A stretch of 64,000 nucleotides of DNA from Squalus acanthias (Eukaryota), in the NCBI GenBank assembly GCA_030390025.1, contig CM059430.1, positions 52,018,001 through 52,082,000 of the forward strand, read 5' to 3'. Shown here in pieces: positions 1-11,867 of the stretch. Under the pieces are notes generated by a model. The model was not told where the DNA came from and did no database searches. It saw only the letters and a list, made by a program, of their open reading frames with translations. The first letter of the stretch is position 1. Each line of letters begins with the position of its first letter. Both the position numbers and the translations under genes were made by a program.

Positions 1-115
1 CTCTATCAAAACCTCTCATCATCTTGAAAACCTCTATTAGGTCACCTCTTAACCTTCTCTGTTCCAAGGAGAACAGCCCTAACTTTTCCAACCTTTCCTC
101 ATGAGGGAAGCATTT
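1..115 (-). mobile_element. CR1 LINE ORF2 C-terminal fragment
   Basis: Resembles the CR1 copies at 58540-58640 and 56430-56520. Confidence 0.7.
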
Positions 116-359
116 CAGCTTTGAGGCTCTGTTTCAATTGAATCGACCAAGACCAAACTGCCCCATCTCTGGTATTAACCTTCCACTAATTAAATGCCCA
201 CCAAAAAACACTAGAGCTAGGTGTTGTGCTCCCAAGAACAAGTGGTGCCATGTCATGTTCATGACTTGGGCACCGCTGCCTACCCATTGCCTGGGAGAGG
301 CTGTGCTCACCATCTATTTTGAATCGGCTTCAGGCACAGGAAAAGCTTGCTGAGAAAGC

Positions 360-928
360 TTTTTTTTAATTCATTCCTGGGATTTGGGCGTCACTGGCAA
401 GGCCAACATTTATTGCCCATCCTTAGTTGCCCTTGAGAAGGTGGTGGTGAGTCGCCTTCTTGAACCGCTGCAGTCCGTGTGGTGAAGGTACTCCCAGTGC
501 TGTTAGGGAGGGAGTTCCAGGATTTTGATCCATCGACGATGAAGGGACGGCGATATATTTCCAAGTCAGGATGGTGTCTGACTTGGAGGTGATGGTGTTC
601 CCATGCACCTGCTGCCCTTGTCCTTCTAGGTGGTAAAGGGCGCAGGTTTGGGAGGTGCTGCCGAAGAAGCCTTGGCGAGTTGCTGCAGTGCATCTTGTAG
701 ATGGTACACACTGCAGCCACGGTGCGCCGGTGGTGGAGGCAGTGAATGTTTAAGGTGGTGGATGGGGTGTCAATCAAGCGGGCTGCTTTGTCCGGGATGG
801 TGTCGAGCTTCTTGAGTGTTGTTGGAACTGCACTCATCCAGGCAAGTGGAGAGTATTCCATCACACTCCTTACTTGTGCCTTGTAGGTGGTGGAAAGACT
901 TTGGCGAGTCAGAAGGCGAGACACTCGC
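360..928 (-). mobile_element. 5'-truncated non-LTR retrotransposon (CR1/L2-group, called family B here), 3' end
   Basis: ORF 391-924 (VMEYSPLAWM...HHRRTVAA) is near-identical to the end of the RT ORF 12012-12938; T-run at 360-367 is the A-tail on the minus strand. Confidence 0.85.
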
Positions 929-1039
929 TAGCTTGGCCTGGGATCTCAATATCCGGTGAGATATCAGCTCCTAGAAAGGCCTGCGGCCAGCCATAGAATG
1001 GGCGAGGTCACCCCAGTGGCATTATAACAGACTGATTGT

Positions 1040-1281
1040 TCATAATGGGTGCAGCGGAGGTGGGCGGGAAGCAACTGCTTCTTTCGAGGTTGAAGATTAG
1101 GGAGGTCTTGCTCCAGGAGGTGCACCAAGAGGGTGGCCTTATTTGGGGATGAAGGCCAACCTCCAGTAAATGCACAGGGGCTCGCTAACTGGAGGAAAGT
1201 TGCCAACAAGAGTCACCCATCTCCCTTGTACCCTGGCAGCAAATGAGGAAGAAATATACTGAGATTAGGAGCAAGACTAAA
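1040..1281 (+). pseudogene. Degenerate Myb/SANT-like (Harbinger partner-protein) exon
   Basis: Across frameshifts reads EVLLQEV / ALFG...WRKVA / WQQMRKKYTEIRSKTK, followed by gtaagc, a typical Myb/SANT-like DNA-binding pattern. Confidence 0.6.
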
Positions 1282-1987
1282 GTAAGCAAGCTGGTCACTT
1301 TTGCACTCATTTTTTGTGGCTTCAACAAATATGGCAGAAACCTAAATGAGGAATTCCTGCATCTACTGAAAAGTACCATTTGAAGCATTGTGCAGAACCA
1401 CAGCCATCCACTCACACTTTCATTGAGCTTAAGCTGTGTGACGCACATTTCGTAAAGGTGGAGGTGGTACCAAGGAACAGCAAACAGAGGCCAAGGCACC
1501 GAGGTGTCCGGGCCGAGGTCCTTCTCTGCGGTGAGGGGGTTTCACAGTGGGGTCAGCAGCCATGGGTGCAGAGAATAGTCCTGTTCTTGTAAGTGCCATT
1601 TTGACCAAGTGTCATGAGTTCCAGTCTTTATAACTCATTCGTGCCCGCTGAATTTGCAGATTATAAGACTTTCACCCTCAGGAGTAATCAGGGGTAACTC
1701 ATTGCAATTGGTGCAATGCTCTTTTATTATGGGTGTTATGTTAGGAAAGTAGGATGCCAAGGATTTCAAGGCCTAAATAGGGCCACATTCAGCAGCTTAT
1801 CCACTGAATGAACTAAAAAAAAACTTTGTTCTATCTGCCCACCAGCTGGTTAAATGAATTTTCCTGGGTTATTGGAAGGCTCAGAATGTGTTTTCGAACC
1901 ATACTGAAGTACGCCACAAATATCATTCAGTGACAAATCAAATTAGGATCAAAGCACTAAAGCAAGAACAGAGCCTCAGAATGTATT

Positions 1988-2514
1988 AGGGTAGAAATTG
2001 GTATGCATTGCGCCTGTTTTCCAGGCATAAAATGGCCGTAGAGCATACCAGTTTAGCAGTGGGACGCTCTGCGCAAGCATTGATCCCACTGCTAAATTCA
2101 TGGGACGCAATTAAAACAGGCGCTAGGCCCCTTGAATATGTCAATGAGGGGCCAACGTTTGTTGAAGGACCACTTTATAAATTAGTTATCGATGATCTGA
2201 TCCACTCGGAATTCTTCCGCAGCCCCCAACGAAAGGTAAATGTTAATTTGTTGTTTTAAAAGACACATTTCTGTGAAACTAAGAGGAGCAGGGGATCGGT
2301 AGCCTGAGGTTGCCCGCTGCACCAGAACTTACCGGAGGGCCACTGCCGGCGAGGCAGGCAGTCCAAAATTCATTGTTCTCGTGGGACGGGCTGCCTGTGG
2401 AGATGTGACAGGCGCCGGCAGCACTCCCTAAATATGAAGATGAGGCCCGTGGCCTCTGTGTTTGCGCAGCGCTGAGGCCAGGCCCGAAAACAGGCCCAAA
2501 CTAATTTCTACCCC
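1988..2514. mobile_element. Harbinger-type MITE
   Basis: Terminal inverted repeats agggtagaaatt / aatttctacccc, flanked by ATT on both sides. Confidence 0.7.
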
Positions 2515-3409
2515 ATTGAGTTTCAGCCTTTAATTCTGTCTCTCAGTTTTTGCCCGAATTATTGACCCAGATGTAATCCTTGTTTCTCATTAAGCTGGGC
2601 AATAATGGATTTGTAATGCGCCGAGTAGCTTTTAACGTTTTAATGCTTTTAAATGAAAAGTGAAACAACTTCTTAATGGACTGGAGTTATTGGGTTGAAA
2701 TGTTCCTTGAACAGCCGGCAGTACAAATCTCACTTGCTACAGTTTAACCTTTCCCCACACCACCACCTCTCTCCCTCCACCACCCCCGCAACCCCCGCAA
2801 AAAAAACCTTTGTGCAATTGTTTTAGTAGCTCGCTTGATTTCTGCCCTTGCACCTGCTGCTAAACTGGGGCATTCCTCTGGCAGATCCCTCCCATTCGGC
2901 AGAGCAACCCATTAACTACCGAACACTGAATGCAGCTGTACGAATGTATATAAGGCACTTTGTATTCACATAAGCGTGCCACTCAATAAGCTAACTGTCT
3001 TTTGTCAGCAGTGGACACTTTATGCAAAAATGGAGAGATAGTTAAAATTCACATTGTAATTAAAAACTGTTTAAATTAACTTTAAATATAGATAGAGGGA
3101 GCAGGGTTATAATATAGTGTTCCTCGCCATTGTGCACTGTTCTAGTTAACACTGTTTAATTACCAATAACATTCACCCTTCGATAACTGCGCAGCAGGTT
3201 GGAAGTGCTGTTCAAAAGCTGCATGTGCATACGATAATTATTATACGAATACAGCATTAGGGACTGAGTGCAGGCCGCTAGCTTTAAGGCCAAGAGCACC
3301 GAGATCCGTCCCCGATCTGCCCAAGGTCCCACACTGACACATTTGAGCCAATACCAGGCATAATATCATAGAATCAGACTGCACAAAAGGAGGCCATTCA
3401 GACGTGGGT

Positions 3410-4600
3410 GCCTTAGAGGCAGAGTCAGGAGAAATTACAACGGGGAATAAGGAAATGATGTTAAACAAATATTTTATATCTGTCTTCACTGTAGAAGACA
3501 CATAAAACATACCAGAAATAGTGGGGAACCAAGGGTGTAATGAGAGTGAGGAACTTAAAGTAATTAATATTAGTTAAGAAAAAGTACTGGAGAAATTAAT
3601 GAGACTAAAAGCCGACAAATCCCCTGGACCTGATGGCCTACATCCTATGGTTCTAAAAGAGGTGGCTGCGGAGATAATGGATGCATTGGTTGTGATCTTC
3701 CAAAATTCCCTAGATTCTGGAATGGTCCAAGTGGATTGGAAGTTTTTTTTTAATTCATTCACGGGATATGGGTGTCATTCATTGCCCATCCCTAATTGCC
3801 CTTGAGAAGGTGGTGGTGAGCCACCTTCTTGAACCGCTGCAGTCCATGTGGTGAAGGTGCTCCCTTAGTGCTGTTAGGTAGTGAGTTCCAGCATTTTGAC
3901 CCAGCGACCAACGTTCCCGCTAAGCTGCGCAGCAGTCTCGAAGTCCCGCGAAGGCTACTCATCGGCTTCTACAAGGAAGAAACCGTGCATGCATGAAAAT
4001 TTGAACAGGCCGCTCACCCAGTTAAAGGGACCGCGCACTAAAGAAAATTAGAGGGAGCATTGCCAGTGACATGGTTTTACGAAAGGGAAATCGTGTTTGA
4101 CAAATCAATTAGAGTTTTTTGAGGATGTAACTAGCAGGGTAGATAAAGGGGAACCAGTGGATGCAGTATACTTGGATTTTCAAAAGACATTCGATAAGGT
4201 GCCACACAAAAGGTTGTTACACAAGATAAGAGCACGTGGGGTTGGGGGATAGATAGAGGATTGGTTAAAGGACAGAAAACAGAGAGTAGGAATAAACGGG
4301 TCATTTTCAGGTAGGTAGGCTGTTACTAATTTGGTGCCACAAGGATCAGTGCTGGGGCCTCAGCTATTTATAATTTATATTAATGACTTGTAATTCTCTA
4401 CCCCAGAGGTCTGTGGATGCTCAGTCATTGAGTATATTCAAGGCTGAGCTAGATAGATTTTTGGACTCTAAGGGAATCAAAGGCTATGGGGATCGAGCGG
4501 GAAATTGAAGTTGAGGTCGAAGATCAGCCATGGTCTTTTTGAATGGCGGAGCAGGCGCGAGGGGTCGTATGGCCTATTCCTGTTCCTATTTCTTATGGGT
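3410..4600 (+). mobile_element. CR1 LINE ORF2 fragments with nested insertions (family B 3' end at 3743-3908; hAT MITE)
   Basis: KADKSPGPDGLHPMVLKE ORF; HGF..GKSCLTN region at 4071; CR1 3' UTR at 4400-4600. Confidence 0.8.
3909..4062. mobile_element. hAT-type MITE, 154 bp
   Basis: TIRs CAACGTTCCCGCTAA / TTAGAGGGAGCATTG; 8-bp TSD CCAGCGAC / CCAGTGAC. Confidence 0.8.
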
Positions 4601-4629
4601 GTCTATCTCAGTACATTGACAGCTACACC

Positions 4630-5175
4630 TATGCAGGTGAGTGGTGAGCATTCCGTCACACTCCTAACTTGAGCCTTGTATGTGGTGAAGAGGCTTTGGC
4701 GGGTCAGGAAGTGAGCCTCTCGCCATAGAGCCTCTGCCTTGCTCTGGTAGCCATGTTGTTGATATGTCTGGTCCAGTTAAGCTTCTGACCCGTGGCAACC
4801 TCCAGGATGTTGATGGTGGGGGACTCGATGATGATGGTGCCACTGAAAGTCAGGGAGAGATGGTTAGGTTTTCTCTTGTTTCAGATGGTCATTACCTGGC
4901 ACTTGTGGCACAAATGTTACCTGCCACTCGTCAGCCTAAGCCTGGGTGCTTTCCAAGCCCTGCTGCACGCTGGCATGGGCTGGTTCATTATCGGAGGAGT
5001 TGTGAATGGAAGTCAGGGATCAGCCCCACTCCTGACCTTATAACAGAGGGAAAGTCATTGATGAAACAGTCGACAATGGTTGGGCCAAGAATGCTTCCGA
5101 GAGACTCCTGCAGCAATGTCTTGGGGCTGCGATTAATGCCTCTGACAACAACAACCATTGTTCCTTTGCATCAGG
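4630..5175 (-). mobile_element. Family B LINE RT fragment, degraded
   Basis: Collinear with 12360-12930. Confidence 0.75.
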
Positions 5176-5767
5176 TAGAACAGATAGCACAGAAAATAGA
5201 GACACTTGTTTTTGACTGCCGGTAACACCTCAAGCCTGTCTTGAGGAGCCCCAGTTGGTATCTCTTTGTGTAGCATGAACCACCTCAAACTGATATCTCA
5301 TGCAAGGAATCGGACTCTTGTATTACACCAACCATTTAGCCTTTGAGCTATCATTTTGGTCTCAGCGCGCTGATATCCTGGGTGCAGACGCAATGCCAAA
5401 AGTGCAGCATAAAATGGGTAAATGTCGATCAGTGCATGGCTAGCGAAGCTACTGGGAGGAGGTGGTCTCACACTCGTGAAACAGGGGCACCAGCTGTTGT
5501 ACAAAAGCAGCTGGTACAACCCATTCAAAATAAAGTTTTTAGAAGAACACCGGCTGGCTTTATCTCAGCTCTTCTCACTCATTAAAAATCACCTTGAAGA
5601 TTTCTGTAAAAAGGCCTATGGGGTTATTTCTACAACCCCTCATTCCTTGCATGCAGCTCACCATTGCTCACTAGTGAGAGATAGAAAGCAAAATATAATT
5701 GAACTATGAATTCCTAGGGCAGTTCGAGCCGGTGGGAGATGTAGCTTTTTTGGCCCTGAGGTTGTAT

Positions 5768-6000
5768 TTTTAAAAATTCATTCTCGGTATATGGGCATCA
5801 CTGGCATTTATTGCCCATCCCTAAATTGTCCTCAAGAAGGTGGTGGTGAGCCGCCTTCTTGAACCGCTGCAGTCCCTGTGGTGAAGGTACTCCCACAGTG
5901 CTGTTGGGTAGGGAGTTCCAGGATTTCGACTCCAGCGACGATGAATGAACGGCGATTCTATGTCCAAACCTGGATGACGTGTGACTTGGAGAGGAACTTG
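5768..6000 (-). mobile_element. Family B LINE 3' end
   Basis: Same tail as 360-600 and 11870-12100. Confidence 0.8.
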
Positions 6001-6606
6001 GGTTGCCCAATAATCATAGTCTCATGCCTCTACAACACCAGTAAATCTTGGTGTTGCAATTTACTTTGGCTGTGCCTCCTCCATTAGTGGACCTGGACAA
6101 CCTGGAGCCTCTGAGAGGTCGAGTGAAGGACATCAGTTCGAGTTCAATCCTGTCTTCACCAGTTTTCCAAAAGAAGGTCGCAAGATGGTGATCAGGAGCA
6201 GGAGCTGTGGCTAATTTATTTACCTTTCTTAGCACAGGGATGATGTGAGTAATTTTAGTGCCTCTACTGCCATCCTGACTGTGAACAACCAACTCAGCAG
6301 AGGTCGGACCTGGGATCTTCCTGGTCTCTATGGTTTAACACCACACAGCCCCTTTAAGCATGGTGGGCTTGTAATGCTAGAAAAATTAAGTGGATTAAAA
6401 GTTATGAAGCTCAGAGAGTTCTTCAGAACTCAAGTAGTGTAATGCTCGATGAAGGTAATTATTTTGAAGGTTGCAACATTTTTTTATTCAAGCACTATTG
6501 TACTTAGGAGTAGGGAGAAAAAAACAAGAGACAACCTAACTTCAATACCAATTGTGATGTTGTGGCACGCTGACCTTGAACCAGCTTTTTATTCTGGGAA
6601 GAGACA

Positions 6607-7067
6607 AACATTGCAAGCAAAAAAGTCATCTCAAAAAATACCGTACTCATTTTAACGCCTCCAGCCCACTAAGAGGCTTTCAGGCAACTGAAATTCAAGG
6701 TTGGCATTTGCAGGAATGGGAGAGGAAGCATTTATCTGGATCACATGGTCAGATTGCATGCCCTAGAAGGAAGCTTCTTCAGCAGAGAGGCGAATAAATA
6801 ATGAACAAAAACGTTGATCGCCAGAAGTAAATTTGTTTCAGAGTGACAAAGAGCAGAGCGTTCGGTTGATTCACTCGCAATACTGTCACTGGACAAAGGC
6901 CAGCATTTATCAGCACAGTAAGTACAGAAAGAGCCATTTCACACCATCGCCATAGAAACCATCTCATCTTCCTGTACCTCTCATGTGTACGAATACGGGT
7001 TGTTGACTATAGATGGACTGTACTGCTTAGTGCCAAATATATCCCTGTTATCAGTCAAGGCATGTGA
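6607..7067 (+). repeat. ~460-bp block, copy 1 (copy 2 at 10930-11401)
   Basis: Direct alignment by eye; e.g. aaaataccgtactcattttaacgcctccagccc...cctagaaggaag is nearly identical in both copies. Confidence 0.92.
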
Positions 7068-7204
7068 TTGCTTAATAATAACATAAAATGTGTAGCAAAA
7101 GAGAAAACAATGGTTGTTGTGACCACACAGATATATCTGGCTTTCCACACCGTCATGTTACTCGTGAGATGTCTGGGAGTTATTAACATATGTTTTCAAA
7201 CAGT

Positions 7205-7500
7205 CTAGTTGGCTCAGTGGGTAAATGCACCACTCAATGCAGAACTGAGCTGTGGAGACCAGGAGTCCCTGGTTCGATGCCTGGTCTTTGCTGAGTGAGG
7301 TAATCACAGCAGGGGTGCTTAATTGGTCTCAATGGCCCATGGGCAGGCTTCTGTTCCTATTCACTATCCAATGATACCTGCCAGAAAGTGCCTTTGTGTG
7401 GACATCAGGTAAGGATGGGATGAGACTAGACCTCAAATGGGATATCACAGTCACTGTCTAGGCTCAAGTGAAGTAAAGCCACTTGAGCATAATATAGGAA
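7205..7500 (+). mobile_element. tRNA-derived SINE, degraded
   Basis: A-box-like TGGCTCAGTGG and B-box-like GGTTCGATGCC; the ggtctgtgctgagttag core recurs near 47870 and 50105. Confidence 0.55.
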
Positions 7501-9286
7501 AGCAGTGGAGACACCGGTGGAATCCTAAAATGAGCCAGGGCCTTTAAGACAGCAAGCGAGGTACAGTCCCTACCACTTGTATCATCCTCGCTTATCGCGG
7601 GCAGCCATGGCGCTAACCATTTGCCATTACCCTAGGCGTCAATTACAAAGGCGCCGTTTATAACGTTTTAAGCGTGCCTACTATTTCAGGCAGACTTTGT
7701 CGTAGAATCTTTCTTTGAACCGATTTTCCTGCTTCAATAACCGCAGGTTTTCACCCCTCATCCATTCTTCGCCCTCTGGCAGCTGCTCGAGAGTATGTGT
7801 TTTTTCTTCTTCCTCTGTCCTTTCTTGATGTGCCACTTTGGTAGTCCCTGGTTGGATTGGATAAAAGGTCCGTGCTACAGTCCCACAAAGTCGGCCTCCT
7901 GTCTCACCGTTACTTGTTTTACCATTGTAGTGAAAATTCATATGATAAATTGAAGCCTGCTACTAAATCGGCTCCAGCATGTCAGAAGGAAAAGGACTCT
8001 CAAAAGATAGTTTGACCACCTGCTGACTTAACCTTGGTTACCTCGCGGACAAATTGTAAAAGATCACACAGCAGAGGATCGATCACCATAGCAACAAGAA
8101 CGAGTCCGGTCTGGCTGGAGATCATTTTGAACACTTGCATGTGTTAGGTTGTGGACACTGAGAAAACAAGTGAAGTGTCAATCAATCATGGCTGGTATTT
8201 GTTTGGAACCTATTGTTGACAAGCCACTTTTCCCAGAGCTGTGGTTCTCGGTTAAAAGAGCTTTTAAAAAGCTAGACACTTCAGAGAAGAGTGTAATGAG
8301 ACACAGTTCCACCACAACTGCTCCAAACTCGCCTTTCACTTTCTGATGGCACCACCTCACTTGGTATCTTCTTGACTGCTTGCTGCCAATCTTCCCGACA
8401 AACTTAAGCAAGCCATGAGCATATGGCTCTCGTTATGGGGTTAGTCTGAAGATAGACATTTAATTTTTAAAAGGTTATGCATTTTGGAAATTCAGAAGGT
8501 GTTGTATTGTTAAGGCAATTCAATTTTGTGCATAAACCCAAGATATTGTTTAGATTCTAATGAAAATTTTCTAAAGTGATAATAATAAATGATTGTTTTA
8601 AAGCCATGGTTTGCGCCTGAAGTTTCTTGAGGAAAAAGAGTCCATTAAGTTAAAAATAAAATGAAATCATGTGGAGAAAGAAAGGCAATTCCCCAAAGTA
8701 AAGCGTAAAATCACTTTGCACCTTTTTTGCTCCTACACTGTCCACCGCCTGGAGCGGGCAAACCGCGTTAACGGCAAGGCGCCCGTTAAAAGCGGCGGGG
8801 ACTGTAACTGAAGGGAAAAAGATTCCAAAAAGTACATTTTCCAATTGTAGTTGCCTGGCAAGAATGTCCAGCCTCAAAAAGAACACAACTCTGACTTATT
8901 TTCTCATGAGGCAGAGAAAGGTCTGTTTAGCCCAGCTAGCTCACAGTGTGGTGATGGCCCATATATAAGAGTCTATGTTTGGCTACTCCTCAACTCTCTA
9001 TTGCATAGCAGGAAGCTTCAAGAAAACCAATACCAATATCCATGTTCATAATGTAATAAAGTTACAATATACACATAGCTCTTTGATATACATTGCTCGA
9101 GGCTACTATTGTAGCACAGAAACCATATAAACACTGTATTCATTTTAACATCTTTTGTTTGGAATCTATTAGGCAGACTGTGCAATACAAATATTGTCTG
9201 CTTTTGAGGAGTGTGCTACCAAAATATTTAATGAGAGTTTTCTCCAAAGCCCATTTCCAAGGGCACAGTCATGACCCTTGGATAAT

Positions 9287-10052
9287 GGCCCGAAAATTAG
9301 ACCTAATGCGGGAGAGTACGCACTGTGTACTCTCGCGTATTAGGTCCCGAAGTGCCGGTTTCCTGCATGCATTGCGCATGCGCGGGAAACCGGCACTTCG
9401 GGTATTGCAAAGGGGGCGGTTCCTAAGTGAACCGCGTGCGCGCTACAGGTTGCGTGCACGTAGCACACTTAGTTTTTTTTTCAGGTTTGAACGTGCAGGT
9501 AAGTGGTGAAGATTTTACACATAAAGAAAGCAGGCGTAAGACCCCCTTTTAACAAGGTAAGTAGTTAATTAAGTATTATTTTTAATTTTTTTCAACAGGT
9601 TTATCTTTTTTAGAGACTTTAAAGAAAGGTAAGTTTATTTTTATAACTTTTAAAAAGAATTTAAATTTTTTCAAAAATTTAAATTTTTGTTTAAAGTGGT
9701 TAATTTATTTAACTATAGTTATTTTATTAATGTGATGGCTTTTTTTTAAAATTTAATTGAGGTTTAGCTGTTCTTTTGGGGGCTTGTTGTATTCATAGTT
9801 TTGACAGCTCTTGCTGTCAAAACTATGAATGAAAGATGGTGTGCTGCCATTGGCTCTAACTGGCCCACGTGATCCCAGAGGTTGCATCGAACTAACTGCG
9901 CCTCTGGGACACGCACACACTGCGCGCCGGCACCAGGGAGAGGCCCAGGAACTGAAGTTCGTGTGGGCCAAAACCATAAAGGTAGGCGCGGAGTGCGATA
10001 TCGCCGGGGATCCTTACCCCCGCGGCAACCATCAAACTCCAATTTCTGGGCC
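9287..10052. mobile_element. Harbinger-like MITE, ~765 bp, copy 1
   Basis: TIRs GGCCCGAAAATT / AATTTCTGGGCC; flanks AAT / ATT; full-length second copy at 59284-60036. Confidence 0.85.
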
Positions 10053-10477
10053 ATTACTTCTACACTTAACAGTTTAAAACCTCCTGCCCCAATATCTTTA
10101 GTTAAAAACGACTACTGGTACCAGGTTAATAGTCCATTGCTACTCCCATCTCCATGTGGATTCCCATCCTTCTTAGGATCTCACAAGTCAAAAATGAGTC
10201 AAAAATTAAAAAGGGGGTGGGGAAGGAATTCCCAAGAAAGCTCGATATATGCACTTTGGAGGGCACTTATTGGGTATCATTTTCAACTTCACTGCCTGGG
10301 CAGTAAGGTGCCAGAACGGATTGCATGCCCTTTATAGAACCCGTCCGATTTTCATCCCATTAATTTCAAAGAAAACCGGGCGTGTTCTATCACCAGCGGC
10401 CGATCGCGCCGCCCGTTTACCAGTGAAGGCGACAATTACCTCCATTTTTTCCGATGATTTCGATCGCCATTTTGTTT

Positions 10478-10706
10478 CAGGGTGCATTTCAGGAAGCATC
10501 GGGAAGGAAACAAAGAATGAGGGGAAATGGAGGCAAGTACGAGAAGCAAGGAGCAAAAGGAATGGCAGAGAGAAAAAATAATGAGTGACAGAAACAGAGC
10601 GAGTAAAAGAAAAAATAACTAAGAGAAGCAAAGACTGAGCGGGGCAATGAGAAGGTAACCTGTAAGTTATAAACAGGTCACCAATAGAGGCTGTTATATT
10701 TATCTG
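10478..10706 (+). repeat. Left arm of long inverted repeat (partner 11449-11666)
   Basis: gaaggtaacctgtaagttataaacaggtcaccaatagaggctgttatatttatct is the near reverse complement of 11449-11504; similarity extends over ~220 bp. Confidence 0.88.
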
Positions 10707-10929
10707 TATCAATAAAGATCATTGCTCATCAAATCTTTCTTTACAGAAACCTTTATCTCTGTGCACCATGACCCCCAGAAATGAAACCAGAATATAAAAA
10801 AATGAAAACTCACCAAGCTGGTATGGTTTGGTGTTATGTTTTACTGTAAATAGCTTTTCTACCAAATCTTGTTTACTGTAAATTTTGGTTTAACACTGGT
10901 GTTCTAGTGTGAAATTAATGGAAGCGATG

Positions 10930-11401
10930 AACACTGCAAGCAAAATACTTACAAAATACCGTACTCATTTTAACGCCTCCAGCCCGCTAAGAGGCTTTCA
11001 GGCAACTGAAATTCAAGGTTGGCATTGGCAGGAATGGGAGAGGAAGCATTTATCTGGATCACATGGTCAGATCGCATGCCCTAGAAGGAAGCCTCTTCAG
11101 CATAGAGGCGAATAAATAATAAACAACAAACATTCATTACAGAAGTAAATTTGCTTCATCAGAGTGACAAAGAGCAGAGTGTTCGGTTGATTCACTCGCA
11201 ATACTTTCACTGGACAAAGGCCAGCATTTATCAGCACAGTAAGTACAGAAAGAGCCGTTTCACACCATTGCCGTCTCCATAGAAACCATCTCATCTTTCT
11301 GAATCTCTCTACCCAAATGTGTACAGATACAAACTCTTGACTATAGATGGACTGCATTGCTTAGTACCAAATATATCCCTGTTATCTGTCAGGGCATGTG
11401 A
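10930..11401 (+). repeat. ~460-bp block, copy 2, inside the inverted arms
   Basis: Direct repeat of 6607-7067. Confidence 0.92.
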
Positions 11402-11448
11402 CCACTCAAAGATTATTTTTACAAAACAACACAAAAGGCAGCAAAGAG

Positions 11449-11666
11449 AGATAAATATAACAGCCTCGATTAGTGACCTGTTTATAACTTATAGGTTACC
11501 TTCTCACTGCCGCTCTCAGTCTTTGCTTCTTTTAGTTGCTTTTTCCTTTTCTCACTTGTTTCTGTAGCTCATTATTTTCTCTTTGCCGTCGCCCCTTGCT
11601 TCTTGTACGTGCCTCTATTTCCCCTCATTCTTTGTTTCTGCCCCTCACTCCCTGAGATGCACACTG
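11449..11666 (-). repeat. Right arm of long inverted repeat
   Basis: Reverse complement of 10478-10706 with several indels and substitutions. Confidence 0.88.
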
Positions 11667-11867
11667 CAATAATATAGTAAATATTTGTTGATCACTCAGA
11701 GTGGTTGCAAGGTTGTCACACACCTCCGGGTGAGAGAATGTCAGTAAACTGCTTGGGTTTTGCTCTTGCAGTTTGCCATGTTGTTTACCTCTCGACATGT
11801 TACAGTTTTGTAACGTGCAATAAAAAGACTTGGGAGTGAAATATTTGACTGCACAGCTACAGAATGC

